The notes under the pieces: generated by a model
Told to the model about the DNA's origin: nothing
The model's input: the letters and a program-made list of their open reading frames with translations, nothing else
The model's database searches: none
Shown here: positions 31,310-42,150 of the stretch, in pieces
Numbering within the stretch: the first letter of the stretch is position 1
Layout of the letters: every line of letters begins with the position of its first letter
Assembly: GCA_963707955.1 (NCBI GenBank)
Contig: OY970176.1
Coordinates: forward strand, 1,792,001 to 1,856,000
Origin: Candidatus Bathyarchaeota archaeon
GTDB taxonomy: Archaea > Thermoproteota > Bathyarchaeia > Bathyarchaeales > Bathycorpusculaceae
DNA: 64,000 nt
Reading direction: 5' to 3'
Position numbers and translations under genes: made by a program

Positions 31310-32250
31310 TCACAGTTTCAGGGCTAGGAACAGGGGAAGAAGCGTTATCGAGACGATATTGAGAAGTTTTATTAAGATGTGGAGTGATGGTCCTGCGGTG
31401 TCCTTTAATGGGTCTCCAAAAACGTCTCCTGTGATGGCTGCGTCATGGGCAAAAGTTCCTTTTCCGCCGAGTTTTCCACTTTCAATGTACTTCTTAGAGT
31501 TGTCCAACGCTCCACCCGTGTTGAACATGAAGGTAGCAAGTAACGCGCCGACAACTGTGGCTGACAGGAGGAAGGGCGCGAGGGTCCATATTCCAAAAGC
31601 AAATCCCACGACAATCGGCGAAATCAAGCCTAGTAGGGTTGGAAGAATCATTTCCTTCAGCGAATTCTTGGTGCTTACATCCACGCATTTAGCGTAGTCA
31701 GGCTTTGCTTTACCTTCAATCAGCCCTGGAATGGTCTCAAACTGTCTCCTTACCTCGTTAACCATCTGTCCAGAGGTTCTGCCCACTGCAAGTATGGCCA
31801 TGCCTGAAAAAATAAAGGGAATGGTTGCGCCGATCAATACGCCGACGATAATCAAGGGGCTTGCAAGATCAAAGTAAGGTGCTACTTGGCTAATGGACGT
31901 GGGAAGAGCACCTGTCTGTATTCGAAACGCGTCGGAAACAAAAGCAAAAAGTAAAGCAAAACTGGTCATAACTGCAGCGGCCATGGAGAAACCCTTGGTT
32001 ACTGCCTTCGTAGTGTTCCCGACAGCATCCAGCTCGTCCAATGATTTTTCAACGTCTTCTTCCACCTCAGACATCTTCGCTATTCCACCAGCGTTATCTA
32101 CTATGGGACCGAAGGTGTCAGAAGCCATGATTATTCCTTTCATCCCGGTGAGGCCCAGGGCTGCCGCGATGATGCCGTATACTCCCAGTAACTCTCCTCC
32201 GAATATGAAATAGCTAACCGCAATCACAGCTCCGCATTTTGAACATGCCC
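31310..32250 (-). pseudogene. hppA: 5'-truncated membrane H+/Na+-translocating pyrophosphatase (C-terminal half only)
   Basis: DTFGPIVDNAGGI, LDAVGNTTKAVTKG, EVRRQF, GGALDNSKK and GDPLKDTAGPS motifs; the N-terminal half with DVGADLVGKVE is absent. Confidence 0.8.
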
Positions 32251-32288
32251 ATGCAGTTCCGTCTTCTAATGCTGCACTAACTACTGTT

Positions 32289-32528
32289 TCATATTCTAGA
32301 ACTCTTGGAATCGGTATTCCTGAAGGCAACAGTATCTTTGTTTTTCTTCCTCTGTCGAGTTGATTTCTTAGCGCGCGCGTCCTTCCTTTCTTTGAATTGA
32401 CTGTTAAGAAAGTCTGCTTCGCTTTGGGCTTTCTTTTTAGTTAGAGAATGCCTCACTATTCTTACTGGGCTGATGCCTTGTTTTCTGATCACAACATAGC
32501 TGGGTGAAGGATGTCTATGATAACTCAT
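32289..32528 (-). CDS. Possible small basic hypothetical protein
   Basis: MSYHRHPSPSYVVIRKQG... Lys/Arg-rich open frame; no recognisable family. Confidence 0.3.
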   Translation of the reverse strand: MSYHRHPSPSYVVIRKQGISPVRIVRHSLTKKKAQSEADFLNSQFKERKDARAKKSTRQRKKNKDTVAFRNTDSKSSRI

Positions 32529-33177
32529 TATGGGCTCACAACAGAAAAATTGCCTATGGACTCTTTTTGACACGTTCGTACTTCGTGGCAATACAAACTT
32601 TGAATCCAGCATGTTAATATACTCCGCTTCCCACTCTGCCAGAAGCAAAAGTTTTTGCCCAGTAAGACCGAGAAAATCGGGTTCTCCGCTTTTACTTTTT
32701 GGCAAAGCAGCTTAGAAACAGTAAGGAAGTGAAAAACATGCGATATATGCAAAACAAGAAAGAAATGCAAGAACGAAAGAGAAAAAATGAAATGAATCGC
32801 ACTATCATACAGAAGACGCAATGCCACTAAGATTCCCATCTTTTTCTGTCTAATCAGCTCATCCCACAACAGTTAACAAGGAAACAAACCCTTACCAAAC
32901 GAATTTTCACACGAAGCCTTATCAACCGAAGACTTCACAGAACCCTTTTTATTAGTAATGGATTTAAGCAAGATGCAAAGTCGGTCTTTTGAGTTGAATC
33001 TTTTGGAACAAGCTACAAGCGCGCGCTGTATTATGTCGGTGACGTTTGTTTCGAATTTCATATTGACCGTTTGGAAAGGGTATGATTTCTGATTAGAATA
33101 AGAATATTTTCCTCGTCTTTAAGCTAGCCCATGCTTAATCTTAAATCGAAGTCAGTGTTGTCCGTCTTATCCTGTTG

Positions 33178-33702
33178 TCAGGATACGTCAGGCATTTTCT
33201 TCGCCGAGCGTTTCGTCCTGTAGGCAACGGTTGCGGCTATTGTGGCTACGATGAACAGGGGCAGAATCAGAGAAGGCGAGAATTCAGGAACCGTCGGCAC
33301 GACTATCAGTGTACCGTACATTATGGATGGATGTACAGCGCACCTGTAGGTGAAGGTTCCGCTCGTCGTTGCATTAAACCCGAAGACTGTGCTTAATGAG
33401 AATGCAGTAGAGTTGGGTTCACCTTGGTTGATGACACTGTTGTTGTTGTAATCGAGGAAAAATTGGTGTGGGAGACCATCTTGGCTGTGCAAGGTCAGGT
33501 TGAGGTAATCGTTTTGGTTAATGGTTATTGTTGGTCCTGGGCTCGTTATGTTTGTAGTAGTAAAACCCCAGCCATAGGTTGCTGAACCGTAAAGCATGAT
33601 GTTTACTGTGGTTGCGGCCCTCGCTTCTTGAATTCTGATTGAAGTTGCAGATATTCCGATGAGAAGCACGACGATCGTTGCGAGGATGATTTTTCGAAGC
33701 AT
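33178..33702 (-). CDS. Surface blue-copper (cupredoxin) protein with PEF-CTERM-like sorting tail
   Basis: Signal peptide; PH...YRCAVHPSIM type-1 Cu ligands (His, Cys, His, Met); C-terminal VPEF, TM helix and basic tail. Confidence 0.8.
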   Translation of the reverse strand: MLRKIILATIVVLLIGISATSIRIQEARAATTVNIMLYGSATYGWGFTTTNITSPGPTITINQNDYLNLTLHSQDGLPHQFFLDYNNNSVINQGEPNSTAFSLSTVFGFNATTSGTFTYRCAVHPSIMYGTLIVVPTVPEFSPSLILPLFIVATIAATVAYRTKRSAKKMPDVS

Positions 33703-33785
33703 ATGATCACACTGCTTCACTTTGATGTGCTCTGGATATTAAAGTTTCGAAGACATAAAGGTGTGTGAGTGTGGCGCGCTGGCTG

Positions 33786-36224
33786 CTATCTCTTGGATAA
33801 ACTCTCTTCATGTCCCATTAATCTGAAGAAGTGAATCTTTAGTTGGTCGGTTATAAAGAAGCTAAGCAGTGCGTAGCCCCAGACGAAAGCAGCTAATCCC
33901 AACCCAATCGGATTCATGAATACGCCGTAGATAGCGAACAACGTTCCGATGACTTGAGTGCTCTCTGTAGTCACGAAGAGAATACTGGCTGGAAGCGGAC
34001 GTTTCCAGAAGTGGTTCACTCCGGTGCGCGCCAGATAAATCGTGAGGTGGCCAGCCACGGTCATTTTTAGGAAAATCAGCGTCTGCAGCATGCCATAGCT
34101 TAAGTGAAGTACGTTCAAGCCAATTATGAAGAGCAAGAAGCTTGAAATGACGCCTGTTGCGCCAAGCAGAGAAGCCACGATTAATACGCCTCGCATGTAC
34201 CAGCGAACTGGTTTTTCTTGTACCGTGACATTATCGTATGCAATTGTCATGATGGGCATGTCATTAAGCAATGCGAGAATGACTATCATAACTGCCGTTA
34301 AGGGATACTTGTTGAAGATAAGAATTGTAAGCGACAAGAAAATTAGCACGCGAGTAGTCTCGGCGATTCGGTAGACGGCGTAATTGGTCATGCGTTCGAA
34401 AATCTTGCGGCTTTCTTTTATCGCATCGATGATAACCGAAAGTCCTGGTTTCGTGAGCACGACTCCCGCTGCGGATTTAGCCGCGTCAGTGGCTCCAGCA
34501 ACGGCAATCCCTACATCTGCTTTCTTTAATGCGGGAGCGTCGTTAACTCCGTCGCCAGTCATGCCGACAATGTGTCCTCTTTCTTGAAGCAACTGAACAA
34601 TGTGATACTTATGCTCAGGAAAAACTTGAGCAAAACCATCAGCGTTTTCAATAATGCCTTTTGTTTCGCTGTCAGCCTTGTCTATGAAAGAAGAAGCTGG
34701 TATTATGTTTGTGCCCAGATTAACCTCTTGAGCAATCTGTTTAGCTATAGCAATATGGTCGCCAGTGACCATCTTTACGTTTATGCCCATCTCTTGCGCT
34801 GTTCTTATTGTCTCAGCAGAGTCTTCGCGAGGCGGGTCATAAATTGCAAGAAGACCAACAAATTGCCACTTTCCGTCTTCGTCTCCCTTAATTACTCCTA
34901 GCGCCCGATGACCCTTGCTCGCGAAAGTGTTCACAACTTTGTTAACTCTGCTTTCGAGTTCTGCCTTGTTGGAAACAAGAGACAAAACAACTTGCGGCGC
35001 ACCCTTGGACACTCTGAAGCGCCCACCATCACGGCTCTCCACCGTGGCTTCAGTCCTCTTTGAAACAGGGTCAAACGGCTTGAAATGAATCACGCTGTAT
35101 TGGCTAAGGGCGTCGGAAACTGCTCTGATCGCCTTGGCTTTGACGATGACGGCGTCATCGATGGGATCATGATTTTCTTCCTTGGAAGCTAATGTTCCAT
35201 ATAGAAGAGCGTCGTCGACTTCGAATTTGCCAAAGGCTTGTGCTTCTGCAATGGTAAGTTCGTTTTTTGTTATCGTGCCTGTCTTGTCCGCGCATAAAAC
35301 GTCAACTCCAGCCATTTCTTCAATTGAAACCAGCTTGCTAACGATAGCTTCTTTTTTGGCGAGGGCGATTGCCCCAATAGCCATAGTGACTGTCAAGACG
35401 GCAGGCAAAGCTACAGGTATAGAAGCTACAACAAGAACCAACGCAAACTGAAGAATAGCTAAAGGATTGGCATGTCGAAAGAGCGCTGCGATGAACACGG
35501 CCGAAACCATTATGGCTGCAAGGATAATCAGATAGTTACCAATTCTTATTACGGCTTTTTGGAAGTGGCTTACGGTTCTGGCTTCTGCGACCAGTTTGGC
35601 GGTTTTGCCAAAGAAACTGCTGATTCCAGTGGCCACGACATAAGCGTCCATTTCACCTTGCCTAACGATAGCTCCTGCATAGGCAACATCAGAAACGTGC
35701 TTCTCCACCGGCAGAGATTCACCGGTCAACGCGGATTCATCCGCGAGCAAGTAGTCGCCTTTCATAAGCTTAACGTCGGCAGGAACAATGTCACCCAAGC
35801 GGACCCGTACGATGTCCCCAGGGACGAGTTCCTTTGAGGGTATCTCGTGCCATGTCCCGTCTCTTAACACTCGGGCTTTGGGAGCAAGTCGCTTTTTTAA
35901 CAGTTCTATGGCGTTGTCTGCTTTCCGTTCCTGCCAGAACCCCACTACGGCGTTCACAATTAGCAACGTGAAAATGATGGCAAAATCATCGTAGTGCTGT
36001 ATGATTACAGATAGCGCTGCGGCTACTTCTATCATCAGGGGAATGGGTCCCCAGAAATAACCCACAAACTTGCGAAAAGGACCAACTTTCTTTTCAGGAA
36101 TATCGTTAGAACCATACTGTTGAAGCTTTTTCGTTACTTCTTCTGTAGATAGCCCAGTCTTCACGTAGGTTGGGAATGGAGTTTCTTCTGATGAGTTTTT
36201 TGATTGTTTGGATTCCGCTTGCAA
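33786..36224 (-). CDS. P3A-type plasma-membrane H+-exporting ATPase, copy 1
   Basis: TGES, IPVALP, CADKTGT, KGAP, TGDGVNDAP, YRIAE and TM6 LLND motifs. Confidence 0.92.
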   Translation of the reverse strand: MQAESKQSKNSSEETPFPTYVKTGLSTEEVTKKLQQYGSNDIPEKKVGPFRKFVGYFWGPIPLMIEVAAALSVIIQHYDDFAIIFTLLIVNAVVGFWQERKADNAIELLKKRLAPKARVLRDGTWHEIPSKELVPGDIVRVRLGDIVPADVKLMKGDYLLADESALTGESLPVEKHVSDVAYAGAIVRQGEMDAYVVATGISSFFGKTAKLVAEARTVSHFQKAVIRIGNYLIILAAIMVSAVFIAALFRHANPLAILQFALVLVVASIPVALPAVLTVTMAIGAIALAKKEAIVSKLVSIEEMAGVDVLCADKTGTITKNELTIAEAQAFGKFEVDDALLYGTLASKEENHDPIDDAVIVKAKAIRAVSDALSQYSVIHFKPFDPVSKRTEATVESRDGGRFRVSKGAPQVVLSLVSNKAELESRVNKVVNTFASKGHRALGVIKGDEDGKWQFVGLLAIYDPPREDSAETIRTAQEMGINVKMVTGDHIAIAKQIAQEVNLGTNIIPASSFIDKADSETKGIIENADGFAQVFPEHKYHIVQLLQERGHIVGMTGDGVNDAPALKKADVGIAVAGATDAAKSAAGVVLTKPGLSVIIDAIKESRKIFERMTNYAVYRIAETTRVLIFLSLTILIFNKYPLTAVMIVILALLNDMPIMTIAYDNVTVQEKPVRWYMRGVLIVASLLGATGVISSFLLFIIGLNVLHLSYGMLQTLIFLKMTVAGHLTIYLARTGVNHFWKRPLPASILFVTTESTQVIGTLFAIYGVFMNPIGLGLAAFVWGYALLSFFITDQLKIHFFRLMGHEESLSKR

Positions 36225-36540
36225 AGCCTTCTATTCTATTAACCGAATTAGTGTTTTTATTAACAGAATAGGCAAGCTTCAATAGCATCATCGCTTTTTA
36301 ACGTTTCCCAGCGATTGGGGAAAGCGAATCTTCAAATTCTATGGTATGTCTGACGATTTTCCTCGCACACAATAGTACTCTAGGCTCAATCGGTATTTGG
36401 CGGCTACAGGGCAGAAACTGCACATATAACCTGGCTCTAGGACTGTATCTTCGGATTTGCATCTTGAACAGTAAAGAGTGCCATTTAAGGGCGAGTTTTT
36501 GTAACTCGCGCGCGCCAAGGCATTCGTTAAACTGAACGAG

Positions 36541-36965
36541 TTATTGGGGCGTGGGGGAGCGCCATATGGCTTCGAGTACGCTTTCGGTGAACGTTTTTTT
36601 GCTGAGATGTTTTGCGAAGTCGGAAACGACTATTATTCCGACTAGTTCGTGGTGCTTCATGACTGGAAGTCTTCTTATTTTGTTGTTAACCATTCTTCTG
36701 GCTGCCACGCTTAGAGAGGCTCTGGGCCGATGGTTATGAGGGGTTTGGTCATTATGTCTGAAATTTTGGTGTCTATTGATTTTCTTCTGGCCACTACGCG
36801 TCTTACGAAGTCTCTTTCGGTGACTATTCCTCGGGGTATTTCGCCGTCCAGGACAACTATGTCCCCGACTTCTTTTTGGCTCATGAGTTCTGCGGCTTCT
36901 ACGATGGTTTTGTCTTTGTCAATGGTTAGCACACCCTTGGTCATAAAATCTTTTACTTTGGGCAT
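36541..36965 (-). CDS. CBS-pair protein (one base missing near 36719)
   Basis: MPKVKDFMTK...GIVTERDF...IRRLPV...GIIVVSDF; the 425-nt span is one base short of 142 codons. Confidence 0.8.
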
Positions 36966-37206
36966 TGTTCTCAGATTATCATGGTGGCTAATTGAATAAA
37001 TAATTTGCCGAATTTCCCAAAGACGCGTCTTGTCGTTCTTCGCTGAAGCGATAGTTTCGTCAATAGCAGCCTGTAGTTCGCGCGCGCTGGCACGCGTACT
37101 TACGAATAACTGTTTATGCGAAGAATTTTTTGGTGGTGTTCTGTTATGCAACTATTTTCTTGCACTATACGGGCGCGCAAACATCATTTGGAAAAATGTA
37201 AGGTTG

Positions 37207-37506
37207 TTACCAGCCGTGCTTAATAGTCGAAGGTGTAATCCCCTTCTTCTTTTGTCCTTCACTCTTCGCAACCTTGAAATTGTTAATCCTAACGGTCCCA
37301 CCTTCGAGTGAAGCCCAATATTTGTTGTTCAGTTTTCGATGGTAAATAAACTTGTTCACCAATCTCTGCAGCTCTTGTGGGGACGATTTTTCAGAATCTA
37401 CTAACACGTTATTGTCGTAAGAAGTGATCTCCACTTTGAGGGTCGTACGAAGGAAGCTAGCCAGCGATTCTCTTTCATCCTTTAATTCGCCCAAATTCAC
37501 TTTCAA
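37207..37506 (-). CDS. Ribosomal protein eL22-like protein
   Basis: MKVNLGELKD..ESLASFL...LVNKFIYHRKLNNKYW resembles the archaeal eL22-like pattern; TTG start after a GGGGAGG SD. Confidence 0.5.
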   Translation of the reverse strand: MKVNLGELKDERESLASFLRTTLKVEITSYDNNVLVDSEKSSPQELQRLVNKFIYHRKLNNKYWASLEGGTVRINNFKVAKSEGQKKKGITPSTIKHGW

Positions 37507-37567
37507 CCTCCCCTTCCCCCATGAGAACAAAGCATTCAACCTCCACCATGATAAGAGTCACATGCGC

Positions 37568-37750
37568 TCAAAAGTGTATCCATATTCGTGCGCCCTTTTG
37601 CTCGCGAATAAGATTATACGTAGACTGGTAAAAAGTCACTGGTTTAGCTTTGCCTAACGTGTCGGGGAAAACCTCCCATAGCCTGAGACCAGAAACCACT
37701 CTCGGAACAACACCCAAAACCTGCTGCCACTTCTCCTGAAGCATCGACAT
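37568..37750 (-). CDS. Possible small hypothetical protein
   Basis: MSMLQEKWQQVLGVVP... open frame co-oriented upstream of the eL22-like gene. Confidence 0.3.
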   Translation of the reverse strand: MSMLQEKWQQVLGVVPRVVSGLRLWEVFPDTLGKAKPVTFYQSTYNLIREQKGARIWIHF

Positions 37751-38348
37751 CCTTTCCACTTGAGCCTGCACGAAAACCGTTGGTGTCTTCGTCTATTAAA
37801 TGTGTGTCAGTCGCACGATAATGTTACGATTCCTCTTGAATTCCATATAAAGCGCGTCAGTGGGGCTTCAGGGCGATTTTTGACCCGATTTTTGAGGCAA
37901 TGCTCCGACTTGGCAAGTGCGAGTGGTTTTTGCGAAGTAGATGATCTCGTTCTCGTCAACTATTAATCGATGCACTTCTAGGAAGTTGTTTGCGAGTTTT
38001 TCTTTACTCAGTTCCTTTAACCGAGAATTCTTCATTCATACCTGGTTAAGTACAGCGGCTTAGAAGCCTCTGAGCGCCTTAGTTCAAGAGGAACATCTGT
38101 TAGCGAAATCGACTTCTTTGATCCTTTGCTCGGATGCTCTGTGGTTCTCTCGGTTCTCGGTAATTCCTTCACCTCACAACCCGACCCTGAGACGTTCTTC
38201 ATTTTTTGATCACCAGCATACCAAACAAATCCTCTTTTAAACAGATGTCAGTCACATGTCAGTCTGACGTGTCGGCAAGGTCCTCCCATGACCCAAGACC
38301 AGACACCACTCCCAAAATATACGCTAAAACCCGCCAGTCCCCATGCCC

Positions 38349-38364
38349 AAACGGGTTCAAGTCC
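38349..38364 (+). repeat. 16-bp direct repeat, copy 2 (AAACGGGTTCAAGTCC)
   Basis: Identical to 30973-30988. Confidence 0.7.
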
Positions 38365-38756
38365 GCGATCATCCCTAACGCGCGCCAGTTTGTTGCTAAA
38401 TTCGCGGGATTGACATAAACCTGTTCTGCCGTTCTCAGGCGTGGACAGACACCAAGACTTGGGACGTAAGATTGCTAGGAAAACACCACCATGCCCAGAG
38501 GCTATTCAAAAATTGACACGAACGATTCGATTTAGCAACAGCCTAGCGCGTTATTATTTTCATACATCCAACTCTCCTGCACCTTCAAACATTATTGACC
38601 TTTTATTTCTTCTATGTTCCAGTATTCTTTAGAATAACATCCAACACAATGCGAACATACGTATACTTCTCTTTTTGATCCTTTTTCTTTTGCTATAAAT
38701 TCGGCTTCTCTTTTACTACACCTACCACAATTGGGCATGTTTTTTCTCCTTTTATA

Positions 38757-39173
38757 TTAGCGCGCGCTATGCAAGATTTGTCTAAGCTCGTGCGCTAAAG
38801 TAACAACTGTGGCACTTTTCAATTTTAGCGCTTCATATCTGGCAGCAATATCAGCTAGATTCTGTTTAGCATTCGGGATAAAGACTTTGCCAGAAGTCTC
38901 AGCAAAGATGTTTAAGGATTTCCCATTATCTTCTATTATCAGTCTTTCAACAGTTCCAAGAGGTAGCTTATTGATAGTTAACTCAGCACCCATAGATAGA
39001 GGATAAGACAATCTGAAATCATCTATAGTCCCGCAAACGGTTAACAGTGACCGCGGTGTGATTTTTGGCGAACCACATTCACTGCCATCGGCTAAGTCTA
39101 TGTGCACAAATAACTTACACACGATTCGTGGCATGTTAATTTCTTTTGTCTCAAGCATTTGGGTTTTCTTCAT
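38757..39173 (-). CDS. Hypothetical protein
   Basis: 138-aa ORF with a GGTGAG SD; no recognised motif. Confidence 0.5.
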   Translation of the reverse strand: MKKTQMLETKEINMPRIVCKLFVHIDLADGSECGSPKITPRSLLTVCGTIDDFRLSYPLSMGAELTINKLPLGTVERLIIEDNGKSLNIFAETSGKVFIPNAKQNLADIAARYEALKLKSATVVTLAHELRQILHSAR

Positions 39174-39830
39174 CTAGCTCACCAAGGATACCAAACAGAA
39201 TCTCGGCTCATAAATATGTGCCAGTCAGGTGACAATCTTACAGTGTCTCTGATATCATTTCTCAATTAGTGTCGCTAGGTGCGTAAAATAGTTCACTGCC
39301 GGAGTGGGCACAAAAACCGAGAGGAGAAAGGAGAGAGGTGGATGGACACGGCCCTGAACACTTCCACCTTTGTGGGAGAGAACACCCTTTCGTAGTACGT
39401 TCCCTCTTGAGGGTCAAATTCAACTTTTTTCATTCTATTCCTCCCTTTCCATTTCACTCTTTTTACAGGTCTTGCCATCGTCACAAAAAACGTCGCAAGT
39501 CCTGTCAATCTCCACGCCGTACTTTTTACAGATGGGTGACTTTCTTCTGTGCAGCGCATTCATAGATGCGTCATTTCTTGCCATGCCCATCTTCTTTCTC
39601 ACACTCAGGTTGTTTGAAGGCGATATGTTCCCAAATGTCTGTCCTCGTCAGACCTGAGTTCTATTGCTTCAATGTTGCCTAAGTCAAGACCGCTCGAAAG
39701 TGGTGGAACTGGTTTTCCGACTTCGGCAATTTGTAATCTATCCACTTCTGGTTTAAGTGTATGTCAGTCACTCGACAAGGTGACAAAACACGTTAGAAGC
39801 GAGGCAAGTTTACATTGAAAGCATGTAGGT

Positions 39831-41111
39831 TTATCGAAGATTGGCTATGTCTCTGGAGAGATCAGCCCATATTTCCTCCGCTAAAGCCCAAAACATACTG
39901 ACTACATTGCGATCAATTGACCAAACCATTTCGCGTGGAATCCTGAGCACAGGAGATGACGCAAACAAGCATTCCGAATCTGTAACCATGAGGCTTATGG
40001 GTCTTTCTTCCACAACGCGTAAATTGACCTTGCCCGCCAAGTTTTGTATGAGCTCGACATTCTGCTCGTCAACGACTGTTACCCACCGTATTGAAACATG
40101 CTTTTTTCGCAGCCTCTCAAATTGTGGTGTAATCATTGAAATACTCTCGTTATCTATTCTCGAAACAATGAACAACTTCGATTGTGCACGAGCTAACGAA
40201 TCGAGCAACTGTTTCTTCACATTCTCAGTCCCCCGAACAACTACGATTGGTTGTATGGCTTTCCCACTTCTTATCGAGCTCATCTCTAATTCAGCTGGCA
40301 CTGAAACCTGCCAGACTTTTTCAAAAAGATCTTTCATGGTACCAATATGACTGGAGTCATTAGTCCACAATTCGTGCATCAACCCTTCGTCGGCAAAACT
40401 TCCATCTAGGTATATTGCTGAGCCCATGATAAGTTCCTTATTGTCAACTAGCGTCGCCAAGGATGCCACTCCAGCAGAGTGCCTTATCTCACAAAAATCG
40501 CTCAGTTTGTCGACTTCTTTCAAGTTTTTCTCATTGATTTCGGTCACTATTCTTATCTTTACGTTCCTTTGAGCACACTTTCGGAGCAATCGATCCCTGT
40601 CATATATGATGGCACGTTGGATTTCCATACTTGGAGTTATCCAGAGGACTTCGCTTTTCGCATTCTGCAACATTTCCTGGATTTTCTCATTTATCAGACG
40701 TTGGCCTGAGATAAGCGCAAAGCGTATAGGCTGAGGTTCTGTTAGCCCAGCGGACTTGCCTTCAACTTTTTTCAATTCACTTTCAAGTACCATTTTCTTT
40801 TCATGAAGTTCAGAGATCTGGCTTGAAAGAAGTTCTTGCTGATGTTTGATTAGTTCTGAAAGAACTTCTTCTGGATTGATTGCCAAGAACTTGGTGGGCC
40901 TGTCAATAATTACTTCGATCATGCCCAATTTCTCCAATCGTGGTAAAACGCGATAGATTTCTTGGCGCGGGATATTCGACAACCTTGCTATTGCCCGAGC
41001 ACTTGCTTTCTTGAGCTGAAGAAGGGCTAGATACACTTTCGCTTCGTTTCCAGAAAGACCAAAAGACATCAATTCCTTAATCAGCTTCTCTGACAGTGGC
41101 ATGAGTGTCAT
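39831..41111 (-). CDS. TrmB-family transcriptional regulator with tandem effector domains
   Basis: FGLS.NEAKVYLALL...IARLSNIPR..IY.VL..LEKLG HTH, coiled coil and two PLD-like effector repeats. Confidence 0.88.
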   Translation of the reverse strand: MTLMPLSEKLIKELMSFGLSGNEAKVYLALLQLKKASARAIARLSNIPRQEIYRVLPRLEKLGMIEVIIDRPTKFLAINPEEVLSELIKHQQELLSSQISELHEKKMVLESELKKVEGKSAGLTEPQPIRFALISGQRLINEKIQEMLQNAKSEVLWITPSMEIQRAIIYDRDRLLRKCAQRNVKIRIVTEINEKNLKEVDKLSDFCEIRHSAGVASLATLVDNKELIMGSAIYLDGSFADEGLMHELWTNDSSHIGTMKDLFEKVWQVSVPAELEMSSIRSGKAIQPIVVVRGTENVKKQLLDSLARAQSKLFIVSRIDNESISMITPQFERLRKKHVSIRWVTVVDEQNVELIQNLAGKVNLRVVEERPISLMVTDSECLFASSPVLRIPREMVWSIDRNVVSMFWALAEEIWADLSRDIANLR

Positions 41112-41446
41112 TTTGTCACCCTACTATAAGTCAGGCAAAACCCTATTAAAGCATGCGACGCCTGGAGTTCCTTACCGCGCGCGCACTCAAATCTCCGGAA
41201 CTGTTATACCGTCCTGATAGACAGCATTTCAAAAAGTACTTTGGCGCCCTTCGAAAAAAGAACGTTCATGTCTCATATTGTCGGCATGTTCATACACTCA
41301 GCTTGCGAAACTAGTTGTGAGGAGTATTGAATACACAAAAACCCAAACAACCGCGCGCCCTATGAAGCTAGTGTCGGATGAGCGTATGTCAGACGAGGCT
41401 TTATATTCGAGTATATCAGCTACGTTGCGATATAATTCGGCCGAAG

Positions 41447-41725
41447 ATGCCATCAATGAAAAAAGTTGAACTAGATAGAATAGATACCCATTCGATAAAG
41501 AAATTGCTGATAGAGATTGGGAGTCCGATCATCCCGCTCACCCTTGTTTTCAAGGCCTTAGGTTTCAAAGGAGTTACAGGGCTAAATTGGGGAATACTCG
41601 CTGGGGCTGTCTCTGCGCTAGCAATTGAATTAGGCTACAAGGTCGAAAGAGTCGGCAGGTCCATCGTTCTCGTCCAGCGGAAAGAGAATCTAACTAAGAG
41701 CAAAAGTCCGACTGAGAGCCCTTGA
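41447..41725 (+). CDS. Small hypothetical protein upstream of the hydrogenase operon
   Basis: 92-aa ORF co-oriented with the operon and divergent from TrmB. Confidence 0.5.
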   Translation: MPSMKKVELDRIDTHSIKKLLIEIGSPIIPLTLVFKALGFKGVTGLNWGILAGAVSALAIELGYKVERVGRSIVLVQRKENLTKSKSPTESP

Positions 41726-41799
41726 GATTAAGGGTAAAGACCCTGGTGGAAGTTTGAAAGAAACGTTAGAAGGAAACTTGATGGGTACCCCTTCAGTTT

Positions 41800-42150
41800 T
41801 TGACGGAGGTGCTCCTCGCGTTCGCTATTGACTTAGTGGTAGCTTTCATTTTGGTATTTGCTGCCTCGTGTCTGATATATCTGCTCGGTCGCTACTTGTC
41901 GCCGAAATCGGCCAAGACTGAAGGCGGCCAATCGACGTACGCCTGTGGCGAGAAAGCGAGTTTCCCGAAACTGAGGATTAACGTGTCATTGTCAAAGTAC
42001 TTAGTCTACTTTGTCGTTTTGGACTCATCAGTATTACTGGTAGCCTTCGCTTCCTTAGCCCTTTCCGTATCAAACGTTCTGCTCTTCATGTTTTATCTGT
42101 TAATAATGGTTGCAGCGGTTTTGCTTCTTGTTGAAGGAGGCGACCAGTGA
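41800..42150 (+). CDS. nuoA: Complex I subunit A homolog (hydrogenase membrane arm)
   Basis: Three TM helices, YACGE loop and YLVYFVVLD motif. Confidence 0.85.
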   Translation: MTEVLLAFAIDLVVAFILVFAASCLIYLLGRYLSPKSAKTEGGQSTYACGEKASFPKLRINVSLSKYLVYFVVLDSSVLLVAFASLALSVSNVLLFMFYLLIMVAAVLLLVEGGDQ

